NCBI GenBank assembly: GCA_051874735.1
Contig: JBJEGD010000013.1
Coordinates: forward strand, 64,001-128,000
Length of the DNA: 64,000 bases
Direction of reading: 5' to 3'
Source of the DNA: Candidatus Bruticola sp.
Lineage (GTDB): Bacteria; Vulcanimicrobiota; Xenobia; Xenobiales; Xenobiaceae
Shown: positions 30,041 through 39,617 of the stretch, piece by piece
How positions within the stretch are numbered: position 1 is the first letter of the stretch
Layout: the number at the start of each line of letters is the position of its first letter
The notes under the pieces: generated by a model
What the model saw: the letters and a program-made list of their open reading frames with translations, nothing else
Told to the model about the DNA's origin: nothing
Database searches by the model: none
Made by a program: the position numbers and the translations under genes

Positions 30041-30070
30041 TTGACAGGCAACGCAACTCGGCGTTATAAT
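30041..30070 (+). promoter_or_regulatory. sigma70 promoter of tRNA-Ala
   Basis: TTGACA-N18-TATAAT, both hexamers perfect consensus, 19 nt upstream of the tRNA. Confidence 0.85.
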
Positions 30071-30089
30071 TGATAACGCCTTGTAGCGT

Positions 30090-30162
<73 letters not shown>

Positions 30163-30480
30163 CTGTATATGGTAGTTAAGAGCTTGAAGCTTGTGAGTTT
30201 CGGGCTCTTTTTTTTTGTTAGGCAAAATAATTGAGTACGGTTAGATCGATTATGGAGATTGTAGCGGGGCACTAGTAAATCAGCTGGTAGGAGGGTATAG
30301 CTATTTGACAGTTGATTGGGGCTGTGTTTCAATAACGGAAATTTTTGTTGGAGTTATCAGCTAGGTTAATCTTTATATGTACTAAATATGGGCTATGTAA
30401 TGTTCCAATATTGTCATTAATTGTGTATGTCTGAAAAATTACGCGCTGGTTATTTATTTGCGGAGGCTGAGAGTCTTAAA

Positions 30481-33400
30481 GTGAACAATAAAAAATTGGA
30501 AAAATGGGCCAATCTGCTTCTTGATACTGGAAAAAGAAATAATCTAATTAATTTTAAAGATTCGAAGTTCGCTTCTGTAGAAGTTTTACTGCCGGGAGTT
30601 AGTGTTCTTTTTGAGAAAATAGATAGCAATGCGCAGTTTTCTGTTTTCGATCCTAAAATTAACGAAGATGATGATAGCGTAGAAGAAGGCACAGCTGCTA
30701 CTTTATCAGAGCAAGATGAAGCTAATAACGATGCTCGAGCTGCTTATATAGCCAAATATAGTCCGCGTCTTAAAACGTCAAAACAGCTGCTTTTGTACAA
30801 TAGCGGCAGCAGTCCGATTACCGCTCTCAAGAATATTAGTAAAAAATCAAAAGAATTTATTGAAGAAACGGGCGTCAATGTGGCCCATATGGCTTTCGGC
30901 TTCATACATTGGAAGGAGAGCGAATCTTCACAATACGTGTATTCTGCACCTGTGCTGCTGATTCCGATTCTTTTGGAGCAGGAGTCCGTTACCGCTCCTT
31001 TTTATATACGTTCCTCCGGCGATGATATTATTGTCAATCCCACTTTTTCTTATAAATTGGAAGCTGAGTATGGTATAAAAATTCCTGAATATAATGACGA
31101 AAATTTAAGTGATTATTTGGCGCAGATTGAGCTATTGATAAAAGGATTAAAGTGGCAAGTTTCTGCTGAGTGCAAAATAGGCATTTTCTCCTTTTTAAAA
31201 ATAAATATGTATCAAGATCTGAAAGATAACAGCGCCGCTATTTTAGCTAACGCGAATGTGCGCTCCCTTTTAGGTGAAGAGGGAGGGGCTGAGCGAGGCG
31301 CTAGCCTGGCTGTTAGTAGCAGAGGTGTTGATAACCCGCTCATAGAGTTGCACAATGTGGTCGACGCCGACTCCAGCCAAATTGAAGCGATTGAAATGGC
31401 CAAGAGCGGTAAAAGTTTTGTACTTCAAGGACCTCCGGGAACTGGTAAGAGTCAAACAATTACTAATATTATTGCCGAATGTTTGGGAGATGGTAAGAAA
31501 GTACTGTTCGTTTCTGAAAAGCTGGCTGCTTTAAAAGTTGTTTATGACAAACTAAAGAAGGCTAACTTAGCTGAATTTTGTTTAGAGTTGCACAGTCATA
31601 AAGCCAATAAAAAGAGCATTATCGAAGATTTATGCAGCACGCTCAAAATGAGTAAAAGCACTGTCTCGGCTAAAGCTGACTCAGAAATTGCTTTGAAGAG
31701 AAAATTTATGCAGCAGCTTGATTCTTATGCTACTGAATTGCATAAGCAGAGAGCTAATATAAACAAGAGCGTGTATCAGCTTTACGAATCTTTATCAGCG
31801 TTGCGTAAAGCTCCGGAAATTGAGTGGGCTATACCTCAAATCAGTGAAAAAAATGAAAATTTTTTGCATGAAATTGATTCATTGTTATCTCAGTACGCCT
31901 GTTTTGTGCCCTCAATCGGTTACGATTATCAAAATAATTCGTGGTATGGATACAATAATCAGGATAATTCTTATCAGCATAAACTTCAGCTGAAGCAGTA
32001 TTTAGAGTCTACTGTTAAATTTTTAGACAATATTGCCGATTCCGCTGAAGAAATTTCCCATAAATACGAAATTGCTTGTCACAGCATTCAAGGGATATGT
32101 GCTTGGCGAAAATTATTGTCCCTTTTAGCTGAATCGAATATCGTTGCGCCTCAATTACTGCAAAAATCTAGAATTGATCAAGTTAATGAGCGTATCGCCG
32201 AGCTGCAGCAGCGCAGTGAGGCTGTAGCAGCGATAAAAGCTGAGTTAGATCAAACTTTTTCCGAAACTATATACGATCTTAATGGGCAGGTGCTACAGGC
32301 TAAGCTCAATGGGAGGTTCCGTAGCTTTTGGGCCCGCCTATTTAGTTTTGAATATTGGAAAATTGCTCAAGATGTGCGGCGGTGTAGCAAGGGGGGACAG
32401 CGTTTTTCTTACTCTAAGCTGGTTGAATGCATACGGAAATTGGCTGATAAGCAGAAGCAGGAGGTTGGTTTTAACCAAACTGCTTCAGTGATAAAAGACT
32501 GGTTGGGTACAGCTTATCAAGGTTTGCAGACTGACTGGAAGGTTGTAGGTCCTCAGTTGAAGCAACTTGGCAGCCTAGCAGAAGCCGGAGGCAGTTTCGG
32601 CAAGTTAGCGGAAATGGACGACTCAGTTTTCGAGGCTGCAAGAGAAGAGTTCAAAAATTCAGCCGAAGCTTTGGCTCTTCACGTGGACTCAGTTCAGACT
32701 GCAATGCAAGATCTCGGCAGTTGGTTCTCACCAGAAATAGTAAATTTGCTGACTTTAGATATAGACGAAGCGCGGCGCAAGTGTAACTGCTGTTTAAGTG
32801 AGTTTGATAAATTGGAAAATTGGTGCAGTTTGCGTCGGTTGCTCTTGGAACTGCAGAGTAAAGGTCTGCTTCCTTTCCTCAAAGTTGCTCTTCAAGCTGG
32901 CATTCCAGCTGATTCATTAGCTCCAGCCTTTGGACGCCAATTTTATACTCAATGGATTTATTACATTTTATCCTTAAGTCCCATATTATCTTCTTTCAAT
33001 CGCGCTTCTCAGGATAGAGCTATCGAGATGTTCAAAGAGAAAGACCCCGAACAGTTCGAAATAAACAAAGCTTCTATTCGGGCGATGCTTTCCGCTCAGA
33101 GGCCCTCCCTAGATTTAATGGCTTCGGGCAGTGCTTCGGCCGTTTTGTTGCGAGAAGGTGAGAAAAAGCGCAGACAAAAGGGCATAAGAACGCTGCTGTC
33201 TGAAGTAGGGGAATTAGTACAGCGCATTAAGCCGTGCTTTTTGATGTCGCCTTTGAGCGTCAGTACCTTTTTAGCTCCAGGAGCTGTCTCTTTTGATACC
33301 GTTGTTTTCGATGAAGCTTCCCAAATTTTTCCCCAAGATGCCATTGGAGCGATTTACAGAGGCAAGCAGCTGATTGTAGTGGGAGACTCCAAGCAGATGC

Positions 33401-35115
33401 CGCCCAGTAATTTCTTCAATACTTCTTCAGAAGACCCCAATGATGATGAAAGCGGAGATATTAACGATTTTGAGTCTGTTTTAGATTTGTGTTCCGCTTC
33501 TATGCCTCAACTGCGTCTGAGCTGGCACTACCGCAGCCGTTGTGAGCAGTTAATTGCTTTTTCTAATAAAAATTTTTATGACAATAGTTTAACTACTTTC
33601 CCTTCAGCTAAAGCTGATGGCCAGTGGTATGGTATCGATTATTACTATTCTGGAGGAGTGTTCGATCGTAGAAGCCACAATAATCTTAAAGAAGCAGAGT
33701 TTGTAGTCGATTTAATTTACCAGAATATTGCCGTTCATCCGGAACGCAGCTTGGGCGTTGTAGCCTTCAGTGTATCTCAGCAAGAGCTGATCGACAAACT
33801 TTTATCTCGCCGGAGGCAGCAGAAGCCGGAGCAGGAGTATTTCTTCCGCAACGATGCTCAGGAACCGTTCTTTATTAAAAATTTAGAGACGGTTCAGGGA
33901 GATGAGCGCGATACTATTATTTTCAGTGTAGCTTACGGCCGAGATGCCCAGGGGCGTTTGCTTTATAACTTTGGCCCGTTAAATAGGGTAGGAGGAGAGA
34001 GACGCCTTAATGTGGCGGTGACGCGTGCCAAATATAATATTCAGTTAGTCTCTTCTATGCATTATACTGATATAGATTTGAAGCGTACTAGTGCTGAGGG
34101 AGCTAGGCTTTTGCGGGAATATCTCGATTTAGCAGAAAACGGCAATATCGCTTTAGAACGATCGATCAGTGTTAATCAGTTTGAACAATTCGATTCTGAT
34201 TTTGAGCTGGAAGTTTGTGAATATTTGCGCTCTAAAGGATTTTCTGTCGATACTCAGGTCGGCTGTTCCGGTTTTAGAATTGATCTTGGTTTAAAGAAAC
34301 CGGATAGTTCCGATTATGTTTTGGCCATAGAATGTGACGGAGCTTCTTACCATTCTTCCAAAAATGCGAGAGATAGAGATAGGCTGAGGCAGGAAATTTT
34401 AGAACGTATGGGGTGGAAGTTCTACAGAATTTGGTCTACTGATTGGTTTAAAAATAAGTCGGTGGAACAGGAGCGTCTTTTAGAAGCCGCCTCTAGGGCT
34501 ATACGGGAATCAGCAAGTTGCCAATCTGCCGTTTCTGTCGCTTCCGAAGCAAACCAGCCTACAACAAATTTCGAAGAATCTGCTCCAGAAGAACGAACTC
34601 AATTTAAACTTTACAAGGCGGCCGATATTGAGTCATTAAGTTATCGATACATGGCGTTCGATAACTTCAAAGGTTTAGTTAAAGCTATTTTGCAAGTTGA
34701 AGCCCCTTTATCTGAAGAGTGGCTGCTAAAACGTACCGTTCACTTTTTTGATCGAGAAAAGGTAACTAATGTTGTTCAGCGTCTTTATGAAGAAAAAATG
34801 GCCGGTTGTGAACGGATAGGTATTGTGCGTCGCGGTGGTTTCCTTTATTTGCAGGGAGCTAACAAAATAGAATTTCGTGTCCCCGGTGATCTGACTCGTG
34901 AGATAAAATATATCGCTCCGGAAGAATTGGCAGTGGCTATGGTAGAAATAGTTAAGCAAAATGTAACTATTGAAAAAAACAGCTTATATAAGTTCTTAGC
35001 TTCTAAATGTGGCTTTGCTAGAGTAAATAAAAGTGCTAGTGAATATTTTGAGGAAGTGCTTAGTTCTTTAGGTAATAAATTAAATATAGAGGGCAATTTA
35101 GTTTCTTTAAAATAA
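30481..35115 (+). CDS. DUF4011 + SF1 (DNA2/NAM7-like) helicase + Vsr-like/MTES_1575 endonuclease + DUF3320 protein (Hhe-like anti-phage gene)
   Basis: WANLLLDTGKRNNLINF (DUF4011), DADSSQ, GPPGTGKSQT, DEASQ, VGDSKQMPP, HYRS, VQGDERD, RRLNVAVTRA, IDLG..AIECDG..YH..RDRDRLRQEILERMGW. GTG 30481 follows GGAGG. Confidence 0.88.
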   Translation: MNNKKLEKWANLLLDTGKRNNLINFKDSKFASVEVLLPGVSVLFEKIDSNAQFSVFDPKINEDDDSVEEGTAATLSEQDEANNDARAAYIAKYSPRLKTSKQLLLYNSGSSPITALKNISKKSKEFIEETGVNVAHMAFGFIHWKESESSQYVYSAPVLLIPILLEQESVTAPFYIRSSGDDIIVNPTFSYKLEAEYGIKIPEYNDENLSDYLAQIELLIKGLKWQVSAECKIGIFSFLKINMYQDLKDNSAAILANANVRSLLGEEGGAERGASLAVSSRGVDNPLIELHNVVDADSSQIEAIEMAKSGKSFVLQGPPGTGKSQTITNIIAECLGDGKKVLFVSEKLAALKVVYDKLKKANLAEFCLELHSHKANKKSIIEDLCSTLKMSKSTVSAKADSEIALKRKFMQQLDSYATELHKQRANINKSVYQLYESLSALRKAPEIEWAIPQISEKNENFLHEIDSLLSQYACFVPSIGYDYQNNSWYGYNNQDNSYQHKLQLKQYLESTVKFLDNIADSAEEISHKYEIACHSIQGICAWRKLLSLLAESNIVAPQLLQKSRIDQVNERIAELQQRSEAVAAIKAELDQTFSETIYDLNGQVLQAKLNGRFRSFWARLFSFEYWKIAQDVRRCSKGGQRFSYSKLVECIRKLADKQKQEVGFNQTASVIKDWLGTAYQGLQTDWKVVGPQLKQLGSLAEAGGSFGKLAEMDDSVFEAAREEFKNSAEALALHVDSVQTAMQDLGSWFSPEIVNLLTLDIDEARRKCNCCLSEFDKLENWCSLRRLLLELQSKGLLPFLKVALQAGIPADSLAPAFGRQFYTQWIYYILSLSPILSSFNRASQDRAIEMFKEKDPEQFEINKASIRAMLSAQRPSLDLMASGSASAVLLREGEKKRRQKGIRTLLSEVGELVQRIKPCFLMSPLSVSTFLAPGAVSFDTVVFDEASQIFPQDAIGAIYRGKQLIVVGDSKQMPPSNFFNTSSEDPNDDESGDINDFESVLDLCSASMPQLRLSWHYRSRCEQLIAFSNKNFYDNSLTTFPSAKADGQWYGIDYYYSGGVFDRRSHNNLKEAEFVVDLIYQNIAVHPERSLGVVAFSVSQQELIDKLLSRRRQQKPEQEYFFRNDAQEPFFIKNLETVQGDERDTIIFSVAYGRDAQGRLLYNFGPLNRVGGERRLNVAVTRAKYNIQLVSSMHYTDIDLKRTSAEGARLLREYLDLAENGNIALERSISVNQFEQFDSDFELEVCEYLRSKGFSVDTQVGCSGFRIDLGLKKPDSSDYVLAIECDGASYHSSKNARDRDRLRQEILERMGWKFYRIWSTDWFKNKSVEQERLLEAASRAIRESASCQSAVSVASEANQPTTNFEESAPEERTQFKLYKAADIESLSYRYMAFDNFKGLVKAILQVEAPLSEEWLLKRTVHFFDREKVTNVVQRLYEEKMAGCERIGIVRRGGFLYLQGANKIEFRVPGDLTREIKYIAPEELAVAMVEIVKQNVTIEKNSLYKFLASKCGFARVNKSASEYFEEVLSSLGNKLNIEGNLVSLK

Positions 35116-35146
35116 AAGAGCCAGGGTTGTTGAGCTGAGGTGAAGT

Positions 35147-35383
35147 GTGCGGAATATTTTATTTACTTTAATAATGATTATTTGTATTGCGGTGGGCTTT
35201 GTGGTGGGACCGGCAGCAGGTTTCGCTCTCTTAATTGTGTTGGCTCTGTCAGCCCTGTTGCTCCGTTTAATATACAGATTTATAAGAAATATAGGAAGCT
35301 TTAGCTGTCGGATGCTTAAGGTAGCTGCTGTAAGTTGGCTGTTTAAATTTTTCAGCTCACTACTTAGAAGAGGGAGCGAGTAG
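35147..35383 (+). CDS. Small hydrophobic membrane protein
   Basis: GAGGTG SD, two hydrophobic helices, basic tail; function unknown. Confidence 0.55.
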   Translation: MRNILFTLIMIICIAVGFVVGPAAGFALLIVLALSALLLRLIYRFIRNIGSFSCRMLKVAAVSWLFKFFSSLLRRGSE

Positions 35384-35512
35384 TATAAACTGTAGTATTA
35401 ATCTAGCAGTTTTTATAAAGGAAAATATGGGGCGTTTAACAATAGCTGTTTGCTAAAACCGATATTTTGTGTCTCCAATGCGTCGGCTTGAGTCCGCTAA
35501 ATTAACAACTAT

Positions 35513-36862
35513 ATGGAAAAAAACTTAACTTCAGGTAGCGTGCTGAAGAATATCGTATATTTTTCGCTGCCTTTTCTTTTAGCTTATTTTCTGCAGACAT
35601 TTTATGGATTAGCAGATTTATTTATTGTTGGTTAATTTGAACAGGTGTCTAGTATAACCGCTGTTTCTATTGGCAGTCAGGTCATGCATATGGTGACAGT
35701 GATGATTGTTGGCCTAACTATGGGAGCCACTGTAACCATTGCCCAGGCTGTTGGGGCTGGAGATAAAGGCAGAATCAATCAGGCTATAGGTAATACCGCT
35801 ACTTTGTTTATAGGCCTATCGATGGTCATAACTTTGGCCCTATCTTGTAGCGCTGAGTCTATAACAGCTCTAATTTATACGCCCTCTGAGTCGGTTAAGG
35901 CTACTGCCGATTACCTTTTTATATGCTTTTTGGGGATACCTTTTATCACGGCTTATAATGTTATAGGAGCTGTTTACCGTGGTTTAGGAGATTCTAAAAG
36001 TCCTATGTACTTTGTGGCTGCAGCTTGCGCCTTTAATATAATTCTCGATTATATTTTCATAGGATACATGCATATGGGAGCTTCAGGTGCAGCCTTGGGG
36101 ACGTCTCTTTCACAAGCTGCTAGCGTATGCTTAGCCCTAATTATGTTTAGATGCGGTCAAAAAGAATTGCCAGTTAAAGCTGATTTTATACCTCAGCGCG
36201 GAGTTATGGGCAAACTGTTAAAAATAGGCTTACCCGTTTCTTTACAGGACGGTTTCGTACAGATTGCTTTTATTACCATTACGATTATTGCTAACCGCCG
36301 CGGTTTGAATGATGCTGCAGCAGTAGGTATTGTAGAAAAAATTATCGGCTTTTTATTTTTAGTGCCATCATCTATGCTTTCCTCAGTTTCGGCTTTGTGC
36401 GCTCAAAATATTGGGGCTGCCAAACCGGAGCGCGCTTCAGCGACTTTGCGTTGGGCCATAGGTATAGCTGGAGGATTTGGTTTTCTTATTTCTGTAATTA
36501 TGCAGTTCTCTGCGGAACCGGTGGTAGGTTGCTTTACTTCTGATTCTACCGTTATTTTAATGGGTGGAGCTTATCTGCGCGGGTATATTTGGGATTGTCT
36601 ATTCGCTGGCATCCATTTTTGTTTTAGCGGTTATTTCTGCGCTTACGGCCATTCAGAGCTCTCGTTTATGCATAATATAATAACTCTGTTTTTTGCCAGA
36701 ATTCCGGGAGTTTATCTGGCCTCGTTTTTGTTTCCTCAAACTCTTTACCCTATGGGATTGGCCACAGCGGCTGGCTCAGTTGTTTCAATTATTATTTGCT
36801 GTTTATTCTATGTCCGTCTGCATCGCTATACAGAGGAATGCAGGCAAAAGTCCGCTGTTTGA
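35513..36862 (+). pseudogene. MATE efflux transporter interrupted by an in-frame TAA at codon 41
   Basis: ATG 35513 reads MEKNLTSGSVLKNIVYFSLPFLLAYFLQTFYGLADLFIVG*FEQVSS..., in frame with the 35645 ORF; TAA at 35633-35635; downstream RGLGDSKSP MATE motif. Confidence 0.85.
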
Positions 36863-37095
36863 AGTGGAGACCTCTATACAAAAATTAGCCATTTGTAAAG
36901 AGTGACAACCTAAAATATTTTTTTAGTATAGCTCAAGGCTTGCAGATACAAATGTTAAACTATATGGGCAGTTTTATGAGCTTCATAAAATTTCTCTATC
37001 CCTAATATAGACACCTCTGTTACTTATTTAGTAAAGGTTGTTTTCCCCATGAACCGATCATACTGACTGCAAAAAAAGTAAAAGGATGCAATAAT

Positions 37096-37683
37096 ATGTC
37101 TATAAATAAGCTTTTATACAAAATAGGGAAGGCCTCAATCTGTACTGCTTTTATAGGAATCGCCTATGTTTTGCTAAAATGGGTGATAGACGGTCGCAAA
37201 TTTATGGATATGCTAGATGTTGTGATCTATATCACTCTGTTTCTGTTTATTTTTTGTATAGGCAGCTGGTTCAAAAAGATAGATCGCTGTCATAGAATCA
37301 GCGTGGGCGAAATAGCTTATAAATTGGACATGCTAGATGAAATCAAAAGTTACAGCTGTAATAAAGCTATGATGAATTTTTCAATTTATGGCATCGCAAC
37401 TTTTCTTTTTAGCATAGGTAATTTTTTTCGGCTGTTTCTTCCCAGCACGGCAAGTTATGAAGTTATCAGCATTATTTGTCTTAGTTCCTGCTCCTTAGGA
37501 GTTTCAGGTATACTTTTAATGACTTATGGCTATAAGAATTCCTTATATGACAACATAATGAAAGAGAATGATAAAGAAACTCCCACACCACTAGGCAGCG
37601 GAATTGATGATGCGGTTGATTATATTTATGATGAGCAGTATGACAGACCGCAAGGAAACAGAGCTCCTCATAAAATATCTTGA
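37096..37683 (+). CDS. Orphan membrane protein (about 4 TM, acidic tail)
   Basis: AAGGA SD, four hydrophobic segments, AT-rich codon usage. Confidence 0.7.
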   Translation: MSINKLLYKIGKASICTAFIGIAYVLLKWVIDGRKFMDMLDVVIYITLFLFIFCIGSWFKKIDRCHRISVGEIAYKLDMLDEIKSYSCNKAMMNFSIYGIATFLFSIGNFFRLFLPSTASYEVISIICLSSCSLGVSGILLMTYGYKNSLYDNIMKENDKETPTPLGSGIDDAVDYIYDEQYDRPQGNRAPHKIS

Positions 37684-37796
37684 TATAAAGCGTCGGCAGG
37701 TTTAGCGCTTATACTGAGTTAATTGATTACTAATTTGCTTTTAAAATATAGAGTCAGGGCGGTTAAAAGCTATGGAACGCTTACGGAGGGCAGAGC

Positions 37797-38228
37797 ATGA
37801 GACACCGTAATAATAAAAATGTGGAGATTCCTTCAGAACTTTCATGTAAAATTCGCGAATATGAAGCTAAGGGCCGATTGCTGCAAAGATGGTTGTGGGG
37901 GGTAATTGCTTTAGAAGTTGTACTTACTATTGCATATTACGTGTCTTATAGTCATTATAAATCTTCCAATTTAATAATTAATATATACGGAATAGTGCTG
38001 TTCCTTATGTGTATTGTGCTGGCACTAGTTATGTATTTATATCTTAGTAATGAAAGTAGTAAGCAAGTGTACGATCATTTGAAATATCAGTGTATGTTTG
38101 GTGATATTTCTGATGACGGTGGTTGTTCCGATCAAGAATTGGAAGAATTAGAGCGCTTAATTGAGGAAGATGAGCGTTCAGCTGGAAGAAACGGACTAAT
38201 TTCTAGCTTTTTCGGTATAAGAAGATAG
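37797..38228 (+). CDS. Orphan membrane protein (2 TM, acidic tail)
   Basis: GGAGG SD, two hydrophobic helices, DISDDGGCSDQELEELE tail. Confidence 0.72.
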   Translation: MRHRNNKNVEIPSELSCKIREYEAKGRLLQRWLWGVIALEVVLTIAYYVSYSHYKSSNLIINIYGIVLFLMCIVLALVMYLYLSNESSKQVYDHLKYQCMFGDISDDGGCSDQELEELERLIEEDERSAGRNGLISSFFGIRR

Positions 38229-38301
38229 TAAGATAATTTCCTAAGAGACTGCTACTGCTAGTAGCGGTAGCAGCGTTGTAGTAGTCAGAAGGAACTAAGT
38301 T

Positions 38302-39087
38302 ATGCATGATAACAGTAATGGGGCTGGCGGTTCACTTTCGGTACATACTAATAAAAATCTGATTATAGTATACATAATAAATTTCATTGTCAGATTAGCT
38401 TTTCTTGTAGATATATTGGCAGGCATTGTTGCTGTTGTGCTCATGGTACTTAGTCTAGCTGATAAAGTTCATTTATCACATGTAGAAATTATCTATTGCG
38501 GTAGGGCTTTGTTATATTCAGGAATAGCTTTTGTGCCCTTATTGATAGCCTATTACTTAGCAGCTCTTTCGCTTGAAAGTACAAGAAGCAAGGCAAATAA
38601 TTTAGATTCAGATGAACAACTAGCCTTAGCTTTAGGAATTAGCCTTCCAGAGATCGAGTCCCAGCAAGATAATAGGCTGGCTGATATAGAGTTACCTACG
38701 CCGACGACACCTACTAGCAGTCACAAGGAAGATAATCTAAAAACTAATTCAACAGCTAGTATTGTATTCGGCGTTATATTTTTTATGTCAGGTATTTATC
38801 TTGCTTCCGAAACTGGCGATTTAGGTACCAGTTCAATTCTATTAATTACTGGAGTTGGAATGTGGCTGTATGGTATGAGCGGTAGAAGGAAAGTTGAGCG
38901 TATGAAAGCAGCTAGACAGGTAGAGCAGACTTCTGCCTCAACCTCCTCTCAGTACGAACAGCCCGAACGGTTGGGAAGGAAACGCAGAAACTCGGAAAAT
39001 TTTGCAGCCAGAAATAGCCGAAGAGCCGAGCGGTCGGAATCTGTAGGTTGCGATAATAACTACAGCGACTTAGACGATCAGTTCTAA
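38302..39087 (+). CDS. Orphan membrane protein (about 4 TM) with SENFAARN...YSDLDDQF tail
   Basis: AAGGA SD, hydrophobic helices, tail shared with the next ORF. Confidence 0.75.
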   Translation: MHDNSNGAGGSLSVHTNKNLIIVYIINFIVRLAFLVDILAGIVAVVLMVLSLADKVHLSHVEIIYCGRALLYSGIAFVPLLIAYYLAALSLESTRSKANNLDSDEQLALALGISLPEIESQQDNRLADIELPTPTTPTSSHKEDNLKTNSTASIVFGVIFFMSGIYLASETGDLGTSSILLITGVGMWLYGMSGRRKVERMKAARQVEQTSASTSSQYEQPERLGRKRRNSENFAARNSRRAERSESVGCDNNYSDLDDQF

Positions 39088-39537
39088 TAATTATATAATT
39101 ACGGTTGCAATAGAAAGCATAAAACCTAGAGAGACTTTCCACAGACTAAGCGCTCATCATAATAAATTAGTTTAATGACTGGTGGTATTCGGGGTATAGA
39201 GTAGTTTCTTATGTTTCACATGCGTACATATGTTGATACTGGCGATTTATTTAGTCTGTTTTTTACACTGATTGTTACAATTATTATTCATTTTATTCAG
39301 AAAAGGAGAGACGCTCGAATAGATGCTGATAAGAAAAAAGAAGAGGAAGTTTATTTGTACAATTCAGATGAGATGCCAGTAAACAGACATTATTCCTATA
39401 ATAGCGATCGTACTGGCAGTTTTATAAACGAACAAAGGAGCTCGGAAAATTTTGCGGCTAGAAATAACCCAAGATCTGAGTTTTCAAAATATGTGTACTA
39501 CAGCAGCGACTATGATGACTTAGACGATCAATTTTAA
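38991..39537 (+). repeat. Diverged direct repeat of 97 nt (38991-39087 and 39441-39537) encoding the shared C-terminal tail
   Basis: Gapless alignment at an exact 450-nt offset, 68/97 nt identical by hand count, both copies ending at the stop codon. Confidence 0.9.
39211..39537 (+). CDS. Orphan single-TM protein with SENFAARN...YDDLDDQF tail
   Basis: One hydrophobic helix followed by KRR; tail homologous to the upstream ORF with synonymous changes. Confidence 0.75.
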   Translation: MFHMRTYVDTGDLFSLFFTLIVTIIIHFIQKRRDARIDADKKKEEEVYLYNSDEMPVNRHYSYNSDRTGSFINEQRSSENFAARNNPRSEFSKYVYYSSDYDDLDDQF

Positions 39538-39541
39538 CAAT

Positions 39542-39589
39542 AAAAAAAATGCCCTCATGACTATGTAAATAGACTGAGGGTATTTTTTT
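39542..39589. terminator. Bidirectional terminator between the orphan array and nrnA
   Basis: AAAAAAATGCCCTCA / TGAGGGTATTTTTTT inverted repeat. Confidence 0.75.
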
Positions 39590-39617
39590 ATACGAAATTA
39601 CTAAAGCAAGAAATAGA

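Noticed and set aside
35633-35635. Stop-codon reassignment (TAA read as Gln)
   Set aside because: TAA terminates many conserved genes at their expected ends here (rex, groEL, fbaB, nusA); a single nonsense mutation is simpler.
37684-39210. Integron attC sites between the orphan genes
   Set aside because: The spacers share no common RYYYAAC/GTTRRRY-bounded palindrome and no integron integrase is present; only one isolated hairpin (about 38249-38273).
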